Part shown: positions 43,732 through 52,889 of the stretch, one piece after another | Position numbering within the stretch: position 1 is the stretch's first letter | Layout: each line of letters begins with the position of its first letter | DNA from: Gemmatimonadota bacterium | GTDB taxonomy: Bacteria; Gemmatimonadota; Gemmatimonadetes; Gemmatimonadales; GWC2-71-9 | DNA: 64,000 nt | Assembly: GCA_003169895.1 (NCBI GenBank) | Contig: PNAE01000007.1 | Span: 1,004,314-1,068,313 of the forward strand | Direction of reading: 5' to 3' | Notes under the pieces: model-generated | Databases searched by the model: none | What the model was told of the DNA's origin: nothing | The model's input: only the letters and a program-made list of their open reading frames with translations | Translations under genes and position numbers: made by a program

Positions 43732-46395
43732 ATGGCCAAGAAGACCGCAGCAGCGAAACCGAAGCGCGCCAAGCGAGTCACCCAGTCCGGTGGCCTCGGC
43801 CGCTCGCTCGTAATCGTCGAGTCGCCGACCAAGGCACGCACGATTCGCGATTTCCTGCCTGACGGGTTCACCGTGGCGGCCTCGATGGGTCACGTCCGCG
43901 ACCTGCCGTCGGACGCCAAGGAGATTCCCGCCAAGTACAAGGGACAGGACTGGGCCCGGTTCGGGGTCGACGTAGCGAATGATTTCCAGCCATTGTACGT
44001 GGTGCCCAGCGACAAGAAGGCGGTCGTCAAGGAGTTGAAGGAAGAGCTGAAGCATGCCGACACGCTCTACCTGGCCACCGACGAAGACCGCGAAGGCGAG
44101 AGCATCTCCTGGCATCTACTCGATGTGCTGCAGCCCCGCATTCCGGTGCGGCGCATGGTGTTCCACGAGATCACCCGCGAGGCGATCCAGGAAGCGCTCG
44201 CACACACGCGCGATGTCGACCAGAACCTGGTGCGTGCGCAGGAAACGCGACGGATCCTCGACCGGCTGGTCGGCTACACGCTGTCACCGCTGCTGTGGAA
44301 GAAGGTGGCGTTCGGCCTGTCCGCCGGGCGGGTGCAGTCGGTCGCCACGCGCCTGATCGTCGACCGCGAACGGGAACGGCTCGCCTTCCGCGCGGGCAGC
44401 TATTGGGATCTGTCGGCGGCGCTCGAGCACGGCACGGCACCATTCGAAGCCGGGATGATCGCGCTCGATGGCAAACGCCTCGCCACCGGCAAGGACTTCG
44501 ACGAGCAGACTGGCCAGCTCAGTCCGGGCGCCGACGTGGTCCTGCTCGACGAGGCGACGGCGAAGGCACTCGTCGGCACCCTTCGCGAGGCGAGCTGGAA
44601 GGTGATCAGCGTCGAGCAGACGCCGCGAACCCTCCGGCCATATGCGCCGTTCACCACGTCAACGCTGCAGCAGGAAGCCAACCGCAAGCTGCGCTACTCC
44701 GCCAAGCAGACGATGCAGATCGCGCAGCGCCTGTACGAGCGCGGCTACATCACCTACATGCGTACCGATTCGGTGGCGCTGTCGGACCAGGCGATCACCG
44801 CCGCCCGTTCGCTGGTGCAGGGGCTCTACGGCATGGAATACCTGCCGGACCAGCCGCGGCGCTATGCCAACAAGGTCGCCAACGCGCAGGAGGCGCACGA
44901 GGCGATCCGTCCCGCCGGCAGTGTGTTCCGTACGCCCGACCAGACCGGACTGGAGGACAATGAACTCGCGTTGTACGACCTCATCTGGAAGCGCACCGTC
45001 GCGTCGCAGATGAAGGATGCGCGCAAGACCTCCACGGCCGTGGAGCTCGCCGTCCTGAACGCGACCTTCAAGGCGAACGGCCTGCGCACGGATTTCCCGG
45101 GGTTTCTGCGCGCGTACGTCGAGGGCTCGGATGATCCGGAAGCGGCGCTCGAGGATCGCGACACGCCGCTGCCGCCGCTGGCAGCGGGCGACACCCCGGT
45201 ATGCACGGGGCTCGAGCCGGTCGGCCACGAGACCAAGCCGCCGGCCCGCTTCACCGAAGCGTCGCTGGTCAAGACACTCGAGGAAAACGGCGTCGGTCGC
45301 CCGTCGACCTACGCGAGCATCATCGGCACCATCGTCGATCGCGGCTACGTGGTGCGCCAGGGGCAGGCGCTCGTACCGACATTTACCGCGTTCGCCGTCA
45401 CCGATCTGCTCAAGCAGCATTTCGGTCACCTTGTCGACGTGGAATTTACGAAGGGCATGGAAGACCGCCTCGACGAGATCGCCGCGGGCGACGCCGAACA
45501 CCTGAGTTACTTGCGTGAGTTCTATCTCGGCGAACAAGGACTGCAGCAGGAAACAGCGCGCGGCGAAAAGGAGATCAAGCCCTCGGAAGCGCGGACCGTG
45601 GCGCTCGCTGGTCTCGGCGCGACCGTGCGCATCGGCCGGTTCGGCCCGTACGTGGAACGCGAGGACGGCGACACGCCGCTGCGGGCATCGTTGCCCAAGG
45701 ACGCGACCCCCGCGGACATCACGGCCGAGCGTGTGGATGCGCTGCTGCGCCAGCGCGCCGAGGGCCCGGCGTCCGTCGGTATCCACCCGGACACGGCCGA
45801 ACCGATCTACCTGCTCGACGGCCAGTACGGTCCGTACGTGCAGCTCGGCGAAGGGGAACCGAAGAAGAAGCCGAAGCGTGCGTCACTGCCCAAGGGTGTC
45901 AAGCCCGACGAAGTGACGCTCGACATGGCGGTCGGCCTGTTGTCGCTGCCGCGCACGCTGGGGCTGCATCCCGAGACGCAGCGCCCCGTCAAGGCCGGCC
46001 TCGGTCGGTTCGGACCGTACGTGTTGCACGATCTCGGCAAGGGTGAAGCCGAATTCCGGTCGCTCAAGGCCGGCGACGATGTTCTGAGCGTGACCCATGA
46101 GCGTGCGCTGCAATTGCTCGCCGAGCCGAAGGCAATCCGCGGGCGCCGTGGAGCCGCGGCCGTGCCGCTGCGCGAACTCGGATCGCATCCGGCGGACCAG
46201 CAACCGATCCAGTTGTTCGAGGGAAAGTACGGACCATACGTCAAGCACGGTGCCTTGAATGCGTCGCTGCCGAAAGGCGCCGACATGCAGGCGTTTTCGC
46301 TCGATCAGGCGGTGGCACTCCTGGCGGAACGCGGCAAGGCGCCTCAGGGAAAGCGTCGTGGCGCTGTTCGGCGGCGGCCCGCGCCGACGTCGTGA
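43732..46395 (+). CDS. topA: DNA topoisomerase I
   Basis: Toprim SLVIVESPTKARTI and DEDREGE, with four C-terminal G(R/Q/K)(F/Y)GPYV repeats. Start set at ATG 43732 (MAKKTAAAKPK). Confidence 0.95.
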   Translation: MAKKTAAAKPKRAKRVTQSGGLGRSLVIVESPTKARTIRDFLPDGFTVAASMGHVRDLPSDAKEIPAKYKGQDWARFGVDVANDFQPLYVVPSDKKAVVKELKEELKHADTLYLATDEDREGESISWHLLDVLQPRIPVRRMVFHEITREAIQEALAHTRDVDQNLVRAQETRRILDRLVGYTLSPLLWKKVAFGLSAGRVQSVATRLIVDRERERLAFRAGSYWDLSAALEHGTAPFEAGMIALDGKRLATGKDFDEQTGQLSPGADVVLLDEATAKALVGTLREASWKVISVEQTPRTLRPYAPFTTSTLQQEANRKLRYSAKQTMQIAQRLYERGYITYMRTDSVALSDQAITAARSLVQGLYGMEYLPDQPRRYANKVANAQEAHEAIRPAGSVFRTPDQTGLEDNELALYDLIWKRTVASQMKDARKTSTAVELAVLNATFKANGLRTDFPGFLRAYVEGSDDPEAALEDRDTPLPPLAAGDTPVCTGLEPVGHETKPPARFTEASLVKTLEENGVGRPSTYASIIGTIVDRGYVVRQGQALVPTFTAFAVTDLLKQHFGHLVDVEFTKGMEDRLDEIAAGDAEHLSYLREFYLGEQGLQQETARGEKEIKPSEARTVALAGLGATVRIGRFGPYVEREDGDTPLRASLPKDATPADITAERVDALLRQRAEGPASVGIHPDTAEPIYLLDGQYGPYVQLGEGEPKKKPKRASLPKGVKPDEVTLDMAVGLLSLPRTLGLHPETQRPVKAGLGRFGPYVLHDLGKGEAEFRSLKAGDDVLSVTHERALQLLAEPKAIRGRRGAAAVPLRELGSHPADQQPIQLFEGKYGPYVKHGALNASLPKGADMQAFSLDQAVALLAERGKAPQGKRRGAVRRRPAPTS

Positions 46396-47738
46396 ACATC
46401 ACCGTGGTCGGCGGTGGCCTCGCCGGCTGCGAGGCCGCCTGGGCGCTGGCGGAGCGTGGCATCAACGTGACGATTTGCGAGATGCGGCCGGTCGTGCGCA
46501 CCGCCGCGCACCAGACCGATCGACTGGGTGAGTTGGTATGCAGCAATTCCTTCAAGTCCATCGAACTCCACAATGCGCACGGCCTGCTCAAGGCCGAACT
46601 CCGCGACCTGGGCTCGTTGCTGCTGCCCCTGGCCGACGAGGCGCGCGTCCCGGGTGGTGCCGCCCTCGCGGTTGATCGCGAGGTGTTTTCGTCGCTCGTG
46701 CACACACGGGTCAGTGCCCATCCGCTCATCCGGATCGAGCGCCAGGAGGCCACGGCGCTGCCCGGGACTGGCATCGTTGCGACTGGGCCGCTGACCTCCG
46801 ACGCGTTCGCAGCGGCGATTGCGGCGCGCCTGGGCCGAAGCGCGCTGGCGTTCTACGATGCAATTGCGCCGATCGTCAGCGCCGACTCGCTGGATCACGG
46901 CGAGCTCTACGCCAAGTCGCGCTGGGGCAAGGGCGACGGCGACGACTACCTCAATGCTCCGCTGACGCGCGAACAATACGAGGCATTCATCGACGCGCTG
47001 ACGGCCGCCGACCAGTTTCACGGACACGAGTTCGACGACGCGGCGTATTTCGAGGGCTGCCTGCCGGTCGAGGAAATGGCACGGCGCGGCCGCGAGACGC
47101 TGCGGTTCGGGCCGATGAAGCCGATCGGTCTGCACGACCCCCGAACCGGCCGCGAACCGTACGCGGCGGTGCAGCTCCGCCGGGAGGACAAGGCGGGCCA
47201 GATGTGGAACCTGGTGGGGTTCCAGACCCGCCTCCGTATCCCGGAGCAGCAGCGCGTCTTCCGGACGATTCCCGGCCTCGCGCAAGCCGAGTTCTTCCGC
47301 TACGGCAGCGTACATCGCAACAGTTACATCAACGCGCCGGCGTCACTCGGCCCGGCGTTGACGCCCAAGGATGGTGCGCCGGTGTTCTTCGCCGGGCAGC
47401 TCACCGGCGTTGAGGGCTACACCGAATCGATCGGCACCGGGTTGCTCGCCGGCATCAACCTGGCGCGCGTGCTGGCCGGTGATGCCCCGGTGGTACCTCC
47501 ACCGACCACCATGCTGGGCGGGTTGTTCCGCTACCTGCATGATGCCGACCCGGCGCACTTTCAGCCGATGAACGCCAACTTCGGCTTGCTCGATCCGATC
47601 CAGGGCATCAGGAAGGCGGATCGCAAGCAGGCGCTGGTTGCCCGGGCCCGCACTGATTTCGCGGCGTGGCTGGACGAATTGCGCCTGCCGCCGGGTTCGT
47701 CGACTGCGCGCAGAATCGGCGCGGCGTCGGCGGTGTAG
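46392..47738 (+). CDS. trmFO: Methylenetetrahydrofolate-tRNA-(uracil-5-)-methyltransferase TrmFO
   Basis: FAD motif VVGGGLAGCEAAW, ..ELVCSNS.. and the Gid/TrmFO-like sequence throughout; 448 aa. Confidence 0.92.
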   Translation: MNITVVGGGLAGCEAAWALAERGINVTICEMRPVVRTAAHQTDRLGELVCSNSFKSIELHNAHGLLKAELRDLGSLLLPLADEARVPGGAALAVDREVFSSLVHTRVSAHPLIRIERQEATALPGTGIVATGPLTSDAFAAAIAARLGRSALAFYDAIAPIVSADSLDHGELYAKSRWGKGDGDDYLNAPLTREQYEAFIDALTAADQFHGHEFDDAAYFEGCLPVEEMARRGRETLRFGPMKPIGLHDPRTGREPYAAVQLRREDKAGQMWNLVGFQTRLRIPEQQRVFRTIPGLAQAEFFRYGSVHRNSYINAPASLGPALTPKDGAPVFFAGQLTGVEGYTESIGTGLLAGINLARVLAGDAPVVPPPTTMLGGLFRYLHDADPAHFQPMNANFGLLDPIQGIRKADRKQALVARARTDFAAWLDELRLPPGSSTARRIGAASAV

Positions 47739-48695
47739 ATGCCGCGCAAGCCAGCCGTTCAGCCACAAGCGCCGACTGCCGGACGCCCCATGGTCGACGA
47801 GTTCCTGACCCATCTCGAGAAGGCGCGCGACCAATCGCCGCATACGGTCAAGGCGTATCGGCGAGACCTCGGTGCGTTCAGCGATTTCCTCGATCGCCGT
47901 CACGGGCGGACCGATTGGACCTTCGCCGGTGTGGACCGGCTGGTACTGCGCGGCTTCCTCGGCGAAATGGAACGCCGCGGCCTGGCCAAGCGTTCAGCCG
48001 CGCGGGCGCTGTCGGCGCTGCGATCGTTCTATCGCTGGATGCACGTGCATTACGACATCGACATCCCGGCGATCCGTTCGATCCGGACGCCACGCCTCGA
48101 GAAGCGGTTACCGGGGTACCTGCTGCGGGAGCAGGTGGACCGCCTGTTCGCGCACGCGGAAGCTCTCGCAGAGTCCGACGACCTGGACGCGGTGCGCGAC
48201 CTTGCGATGCTGGAACTGTTCTATTCATCGGGCCTGCGGCTCTCCGAGCTTCAGATGCTTGACGTGCACCAGCTGGATCTGCTGAGCGATCAGGTCAAGG
48301 TGCTGGGCAAGGGACGCAAGGAGAGGATTATCCCGGTCGGGACGCGCGCGAGTCTGGCGCTCAGGCGCTACCTTGTGATGCGCGAGCCGCTCGTCAAGCT
48401 GGCGGCGGCCGATCGGCACGCGGTGTTCGTCGGGCGGCGCGGCAAGCGGCTGAGTCCGGTGACGGTGCAGCGGCACATGCACCGGCTTTACGACGCGATC
48501 GGCGCGAACGGGATGCATACGCATTCGATGCGGCATTCGTTCGCGACCCATCTGCTCGACGCCGGCGCCGACTTGCGGGCGGTGCAGGAGCTGCTTGGCC
48601 ACGCCTCGCTGGCGACGACGCAGATCTATACGCACACTTCGGTGGAGCGATTGAAGCAGGTGTACCACCAGGCGCATCCGAGGGCGAGGAAGTGA
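47739..48695 (+). CDS. xerC: Tyrosine recombinase XerC/XerD family
   Basis: N-terminal SAM-like domain and catalytic residues in ..GLRLSEL.., [12 protein letters not shown] and ..QIYTHTS... Conserved position upstream of hslVU. Confidence 0.85.
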   Translation: MPRKPAVQPQAPTAGRPMVDEFLTHLEKARDQSPHTVKAYRRDLGAFSDFLDRRHGRTDWTFAGVDRLVLRGFLGEMERRGLAKRSAARALSALRSFYRWMHVHYDIDIPAIRSIRTPRLEKRLPGYLLREQVDRLFAHAEALAESDDLDAVRDLAMLELFYSSGLRLSELQMLDVHQLDLLSDQVKVLGKGRKERIIPVGTRASLALRRYLVMREPLVKLAAADRHAVFVGRRGKRLSPVTVQRHMHRLYDAIGANGMHTHSMRHSFATHLLDAGADLRAVQELLGHASLATTQIYTHTSVERLKQVYHQAHPRARK

Positions 48696-48710
48696 TGAGC
48701 ACAGATCTTG

Positions 48711-48775
48711 TCATCCCGAGCGAAGCGAGGGATCGGCCCGCCGCATAGCGATCCCTCGCTTCGCTCGGGATGACA
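48711..48775. repeat. Perfect 25-bp inverted repeat GTCATCCCGAGCGAAGCGAGGGATC / GATCCCTCGCTTCGCTCGGGATGAC
   Basis: Arms at 48711-48735 and 48751-48775 with a 15-nt loop, between xerC and hslV. Related half-units occur at 43619-43636, 4858-4883 and 7143-7162. Confidence 0.85.
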
Positions 48776-48792
48776 ACGATGAAAGGCGATTC

Positions 48793-49338
48793 ATGACCGA
48801 ATTCCATGGAACAACCATCCTGGCCGTCCGCAAGAACCGCCGCGTCGCCCTCGGCGGCGACGGCCAGGTCTCCATCGACGCGACGATCGTCAAGGCGCAC
48901 GCCAACAAGGTGCGCACCCTCAAGGGCGGCCGTATTCTGGCCGGATTTGCGGGGTCGGTCGCCGACGCGCTCACACTATTCGAGCGCTTCGAGGAGAAGT
49001 TCGACCGCTATCCCGGTAACCTCACCCGCGCCGCGACGGAGCTGGCCAAGGACTGGCGCAGTGACCGCTACTTGCGCCGGCTGGAAGCGTTGCTGGTGGT
49101 CGCCGATCTCGACCACGTGTTTCTGCTGAGCGGAACCGGAGAGCTGATCGAGCCGGACGACGGCATCATGGCCGTGGGATCCGGTGGCACCTACGCTCTG
49201 GCCGCCGCACGCGCCTTGTATCCGGACGAGCAGATGGAGGCGCGCGCCATCGTGGAGCGGAGCTTGCAGATCGCGAGCGAGATCTGCGTGTTTACCAACG
49301 CCAACGTGACGATACTGGAATTGGGTAAAGAGGCGTGA
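48793..49338 (+). CDS. hslV: ATP-dependent protease subunit HslV
   Basis: [13 protein letters not shown].. (catalytic Thr after processing) and ..GGDGQVS...(IV)K..A.K(VR)..; 181 aa. Confidence 0.95.
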   Translation: MTEFHGTTILAVRKNRRVALGGDGQVSIDATIVKAHANKVRTLKGGRILAGFAGSVADALTLFERFEEKFDRYPGNLTRAATELAKDWRSDRYLRRLEALLVVADLDHVFLLSGTGELIEPDDGIMAVGSGGTYALAAARALYPDEQMEARAIVERSLQIASEICVFTNANVTILELGKEA

Positions 49339-49410
49339 AGAGTGCAAGGTGAAAGGTGAAAGGGATGTGATGTCGTCCCGTTTTACCTCTTACCTTTCAC
49401 CTTTCACGCC
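49332..49410. repeat. Heptad-phased imperfect hairpin (GTGAAAG units) filling the hslV-hslU spacer
   Basis: The left arm ggcgtgaagagtgcaaggtgaaaggtgaaaggga includes the hslV stop. The reverse complement of the right arm is ggcgtgaaaggtgaaaggtaagaggtaaaacggg. About 26 of 34 positions are complementary by hand count. Confidence 0.8.
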
Positions 49411-49424
49411 TTAGCTTCTCCCGC

Positions 49425-50804
49425 ATGACCGCGACGCCTCCCGTCACACCCGAACCGTTGCCCTGGCTCGAAGAACTCCCTCCTCGCCAGATCGTCGCCG
49501 AGCTGGATCGCTATATCGTCGGGCAGGGCGCGGCGAAGAAGGCGATCGCCATCGCGATCCGCAACCGGTGGCGGCGGTCCCAGGCGCCAGAAGGGATCCG
49601 TGACGAGATCACACCCAGCAACATCATCCTGATCGGCCCCACGGGCGTCGGGAAGACCGAGATCGCGCGCCGACTCGCGCGGCTTGCGGGCGCGCCGTTC
49701 GTCAAGGTCGAGGCGTCCAAGTTCACCGAGGTGGGCTACGTGGGCCGCGACGTGGAATCGATGGTGCGTGACCTGGTGGATGCCGCGATTTCACTGGTTC
49801 GCGCCGAGCGTGAGGACGAGGTATGGCCGCACGCCGAGGAGCGCGCGACCGAACGCCTGCTGGACCTGCTGCTGCCAGCCGCGGCGGCCGAAGACGTGGA
49901 TCCCGCGCTTAAGGAGCGCCGCAAGGCATCGCGCGCGAAGCTCAAGCAGCAGCTGATTGATGGCAAGCTCGACGACCGCGAAGTCGACATCGAAGTCACG
50001 CCGATGAACTATCCCAACCCCGACAGCATGCAGCCGCCGGGTGGGATGGAAGGCCCCGAGTCGGCGTTCACCGATTGGCTGATGGACATGCTGCCCAAGA
50101 AGAAGAAGCGGCGCAGCGCCAAGGTGCCCGAAGCCCGGCGCATTCTGGAAGACGAGGAGTTGCGCAAGCTGGTCGACATGGATGAAACCGTAAATGAGGC
50201 GCTCGACCGGGTCGAGAACCACGGCATCATTTTCATCGATGAAATCGACAAGATCGCCGGCGAGCGGAATACCACCGGGCCCGACGTGTCACGCGAAGGC
50301 GTGCAGCGCGACCTCCTGCCGGTGGTGGAAGGGTCCACGGTGCAGACGCGGTATGGCTATGTGCGCACCGACCACATCCTTTTCGTGGCGGCGGGCGCGT
50401 TCCACGTGTCGAAGCCCTCGGATCTGATCCCGGAGCTGCAAGGCCGGTTTCCCATCAGGGTCGAACTCGAGCCGCTGACGGAAAAGGATTTCGTGCGGAT
50501 TCTCACCGAGCCGGAGAACGCGCTCACCAAGCAGTATTCAGCGCTGGTTGCGGCGGAGAAGTGCAAACTCGACTTCACCGCGGATGCGATCGATGAAATT
50601 GCCCGCACGGCGTGGATCGCCAACGACCGGATGGAGAACATCGGTGCGCGCCGGCTGCACACGGTGATGTCTGCCCTGGTCGAGGACTTGCTCTTCGATC
50701 TGCCCGACGGCTCGGAGCGGACGATCACCATCACTGCCGAGGACGTGAAGCAGCGGTTGGCCAGCGTGGTGCAGAACGACGACTTGCGGAAGTACATCCT
50801 GTAA
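49425..50804 (+). CDS. hslU: ATP-dependent protease ATPase subunit HslU
   Basis: ..IV.ELD.YI.GQ..AK..., Walker A GPTGVGKTEIARRLA, and Walker B IIFIDEIDKI. Confidence 0.95.
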   Translation: MTATPPVTPEPLPWLEELPPRQIVAELDRYIVGQGAAKKAIAIAIRNRWRRSQAPEGIRDEITPSNIILIGPTGVGKTEIARRLARLAGAPFVKVEASKFTEVGYVGRDVESMVRDLVDAAISLVRAEREDEVWPHAEERATERLLDLLLPAAAAEDVDPALKERRKASRAKLKQQLIDGKLDDREVDIEVTPMNYPNPDSMQPPGGMEGPESAFTDWLMDMLPKKKKRRSAKVPEARRILEDEELRKLVDMDETVNEALDRVENHGIIFIDEIDKIAGERNTTGPDVSREGVQRDLLPVVEGSTVQTRYGYVRTDHILFVAAGAFHVSKPSDLIPELQGRFPIRVELEPLTEKDFVRILTEPENALTKQYSALVAAEKCKLDFTADAIDEIARTAWIANDRMENIGARRLHTVMSALVEDLLFDLPDGSERTITITAEDVKQRLASVVQNDDLRKYIL

Positions 50805-50920
50805 CGCCCTCGCGTGCTTGTCTGGCTTCCTGGTTCGTTCTCTACCTATTGAACGCTGCTGATCCATCCATCGAGCCGCTACGCCGGTGGTGAAATTCAA
50901 ACCTTGCAAGAGGAGGGGTC

Positions 50921-51304
50921 ATGCGTGGTCGACAGCTCTGGTACAGTGGCATCGCAACCGGCCTGCTGCTGATTGCAGCGGGTGCGTGCGGCAGCAACAA
51001 CACTGACAACGGGTCTGCGACGTGCCAGACATCACTGGACTACGAAAGCGCTGGCGCCGCCTCCGTCAATAGTCCTGCCACCGGCGTGCTGACCTTCACC
51101 GGCCAGTTCTACACCACGGAATCGATGATTCTTGGCTACACGGACAACGCCGGTGCGCACCATTCAACGCCGATCACCCCGACAAGCGATCGGACCTCGC
51201 TGAGTTTCACCGGACTTCCTTCAGGCGTCCGGACTTATACCGTCACCATATCGTGTGAGGCAGGTCAGGATAGTCGCACCACCGGTAACTTCAGCGTCAA
51301 ATAG
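50921..51304 (+). CDS. Hypothetical lipoprotein
   Basis: Lipobox LLLIAAGAC. AGGAGG lies upstream of the ATG. No family recognised. Confidence 0.6.
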   Translation: MRGRQLWYSGIATGLLLIAAGACGSNNTDNGSATCQTSLDYESAGAASVNSPATGVLTFTGQFYTTESMILGYTDNAGAHHSTPITPTSDRTSLSFTGLPSGVRTYTVTISCEAGQDSRTTGNFSVK

Positions 51305-51319
51305 CCGCCGAAGGCGACG

Positions 51320-51722
51320 TCACTTCATCCGCTGCCCGCCCTTCATCACAAAGACTACCCCGCTCGGTTGCCGTAATATCGGCCAGCGGGTCACCGCGCA
51401 CCGCAATCAGATCGGCCAGTTTGCCGGTCGCGATCTCGCCCCGGTCGCTCCTGCCAAGCAGGTCCGCCGCATTCAGCGTCGCGGTGCGAATGGCGTCGAG
51501 CGGCGACATCCCCGCCGCTGTGTACTTGCTGAATTCCTTCGCGTTCATCCCGTGCGGCAGCACCGCGGCATCGGTGCCGAAGGCGATCTTCACCCCCGCC
51601 GCGACGGCTTTCCGGAACGACGCTTCGGCGAGCGGCATGACCTGATCCATCTTGGCGCGGATGGCCGGCGGCAGGTTGTTGCGGTCGACAGCGGCGTCGT
51701 AAGTGCGGCCGAACTGGCCCAC
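51320..51722 (-). pseudogene. Amidohydrolase-family gene remnant (N-terminally truncated, frameshifted near the 3' end)
   Basis: Only the last ~135 codons of a ~400-aa family are present (..VKIAFGTDAAVLPHG.NA.EF......GMSPLDAIR.AT.NAA.LLG...RG.I..GKLADLIAV.GDPLADI). The expected ending VVFVMKGGQRMK* is readable in the +1 frame after the run cgggg (~51350). Confidence 0.65.
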
Positions 51723-51846
51723 TACCTCGCAGCGACTCGAGATTCGTGCTATGATCCGGGTACGCGTGCTTTTCGAGTGGGGCTACTTCTGTGGAGCGAA
51801 GGGCAAAGTGACAATGACCGATCCAGCGGCGGTCAGGTAGTCACCG

Positions 51847-52257
51847 ATGACCAGGCTATGGGGCATGATCGCATCGGCCGGATTGCTCGTCGGCTGCACA
51901 ATGTTCGAGGATCAACCGTCGTTGCTCATCGGTGCGTGGGGTGGACCGGACATGCTGGTCGTCGGCTCGCCGGGTGGCGCTATCGTGCAGATGGCATGCG
52001 GGCATGTGGCCATTGACCGTCCGCTGCGGCTCGATCAGCCATCCGGATTTGTGGCCGCCGGCACCTACGCGCCGTTGAGCAACAACGGGCTGGGACAATT
52101 CGCCGTGCGCGTCATGGTGAGCGCGACGTCAGCCCGCGATACCGCGCTCGTGAAGGTTCAGACGATTTACCAGGGAGTGTGGCGCGGAGACGAAACGTTT
52201 CGCGTGGTCCGCGGCCAGTCAATCAGCTATCCCGACGGCAGGCTCTGCGCGGACTGA
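51847..52257 (+). CDS. Hypothetical lipoprotein
   Basis: Lipobox LLVGC (MTRLWGMIASAGLLVGCTMF..). No family recognised. Confidence 0.55.
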   Translation: MTRLWGMIASAGLLVGCTMFEDQPSLLIGAWGGPDMLVVGSPGGAIVQMACGHVAIDRPLRLDQPSGFVAAGTYAPLSNNGLGQFAVRVMVSATSARDTALVKVQTIYQGVWRGDETFRVVRGQSISYPDGRLCAD

Positions 52258-52615
52258 GGTTCGCGCCGTCCGCTCGCCCGCGTCCGTCCGCTCCACCTAT
52301 CCCTCCCAGTTCGCATGCCTGAGCATGCCGCGTGCCGTGCTGCGAAGCCGCGCATCGGTATAGCTGCGGCCCGGCAGTTGGCGCCGGGGTTGCTGCCGCC
52401 GGGCTGAACACGACGACATTTCGGGCGCTGTCCCAGGCCGCGAGCAATTCAGGATCATCCGGGAACCGCGAGCGGATCAGGCCGTCGCTGCAATCGCAAC
52501 CGGGCGTCAGAATGCCTCGCTCTCGCGTTTTCCAGCTCATTCCCGTTGCACCGTCCGCAGTAGATTGCTACTGTTCGATTCGTCGTCCCGGACCGTTCAC
52601 AGAGGCGAGCCACAC

Positions 52616-52837
52616 GTGGCACCAAGACGGACAACCCGCACATCGGCGAAGACTGGCAAAACGGTAGTCCGCTCAACGGTCTCCGGGAAGTTCCTGACGA
52701 AGGCCGATGCCACACGGGCGGCCAAAGCCGCGAAAGAGGCCTTCGCCGGCAAGTCCGGCAAACGGTCCTCGACATGGAAGCCCGGCGGTCGTCAGTGGGA
52801 CCGGTTCCTCGGTCACTTCGGCATCGCAGCCAAATAG
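52616..52837 (+). CDS. Small basic hypothetical protein
   Basis: GTG 52616 is preceded by AGAGG. The protein is Lys/Arg/Ala/Thr-rich (..RTSAKTGKTVVRSTVSGKFLTKADATRAAKAAKEAF..). Coding status is uncertain; TTG 52565 is an alternative start. Confidence 0.35.
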   Translation: MAPRRTTRTSAKTGKTVVRSTVSGKFLTKADATRAAKAAKEAFAGKSGKRSSTWKPGGRQWDRFLGHFGIAAK

Positions 52838-52889
52838 CCCGTTCGCCAAGACGATTTTCCACTAGTGACCCGGGCACACCGGAGGCCCT

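Noticed and set aside
47739-48695. The tyrosine recombinase as evidence of an integrated mobile element
   Set aside because: It sits in the conserved topA-trmFO-xerC-hslVU order, with no phage, ICE or IS genes or direct repeats around it. It is interpreted as the chromosomal Xer recombinase.
52223-52540. The 105-aa minus-strand ORF (MSWKTRERGILTPGCDCSDGLIRSRFPDDPELLAAWDS..)
   Set aside because: There is no family motif. It overlaps the 3' end of the convergent lipoprotein gene by 35 nt, and its second half is low-complexity Ala/Gly/Arg. It is possibly a gene fragment, and is left unannotated.
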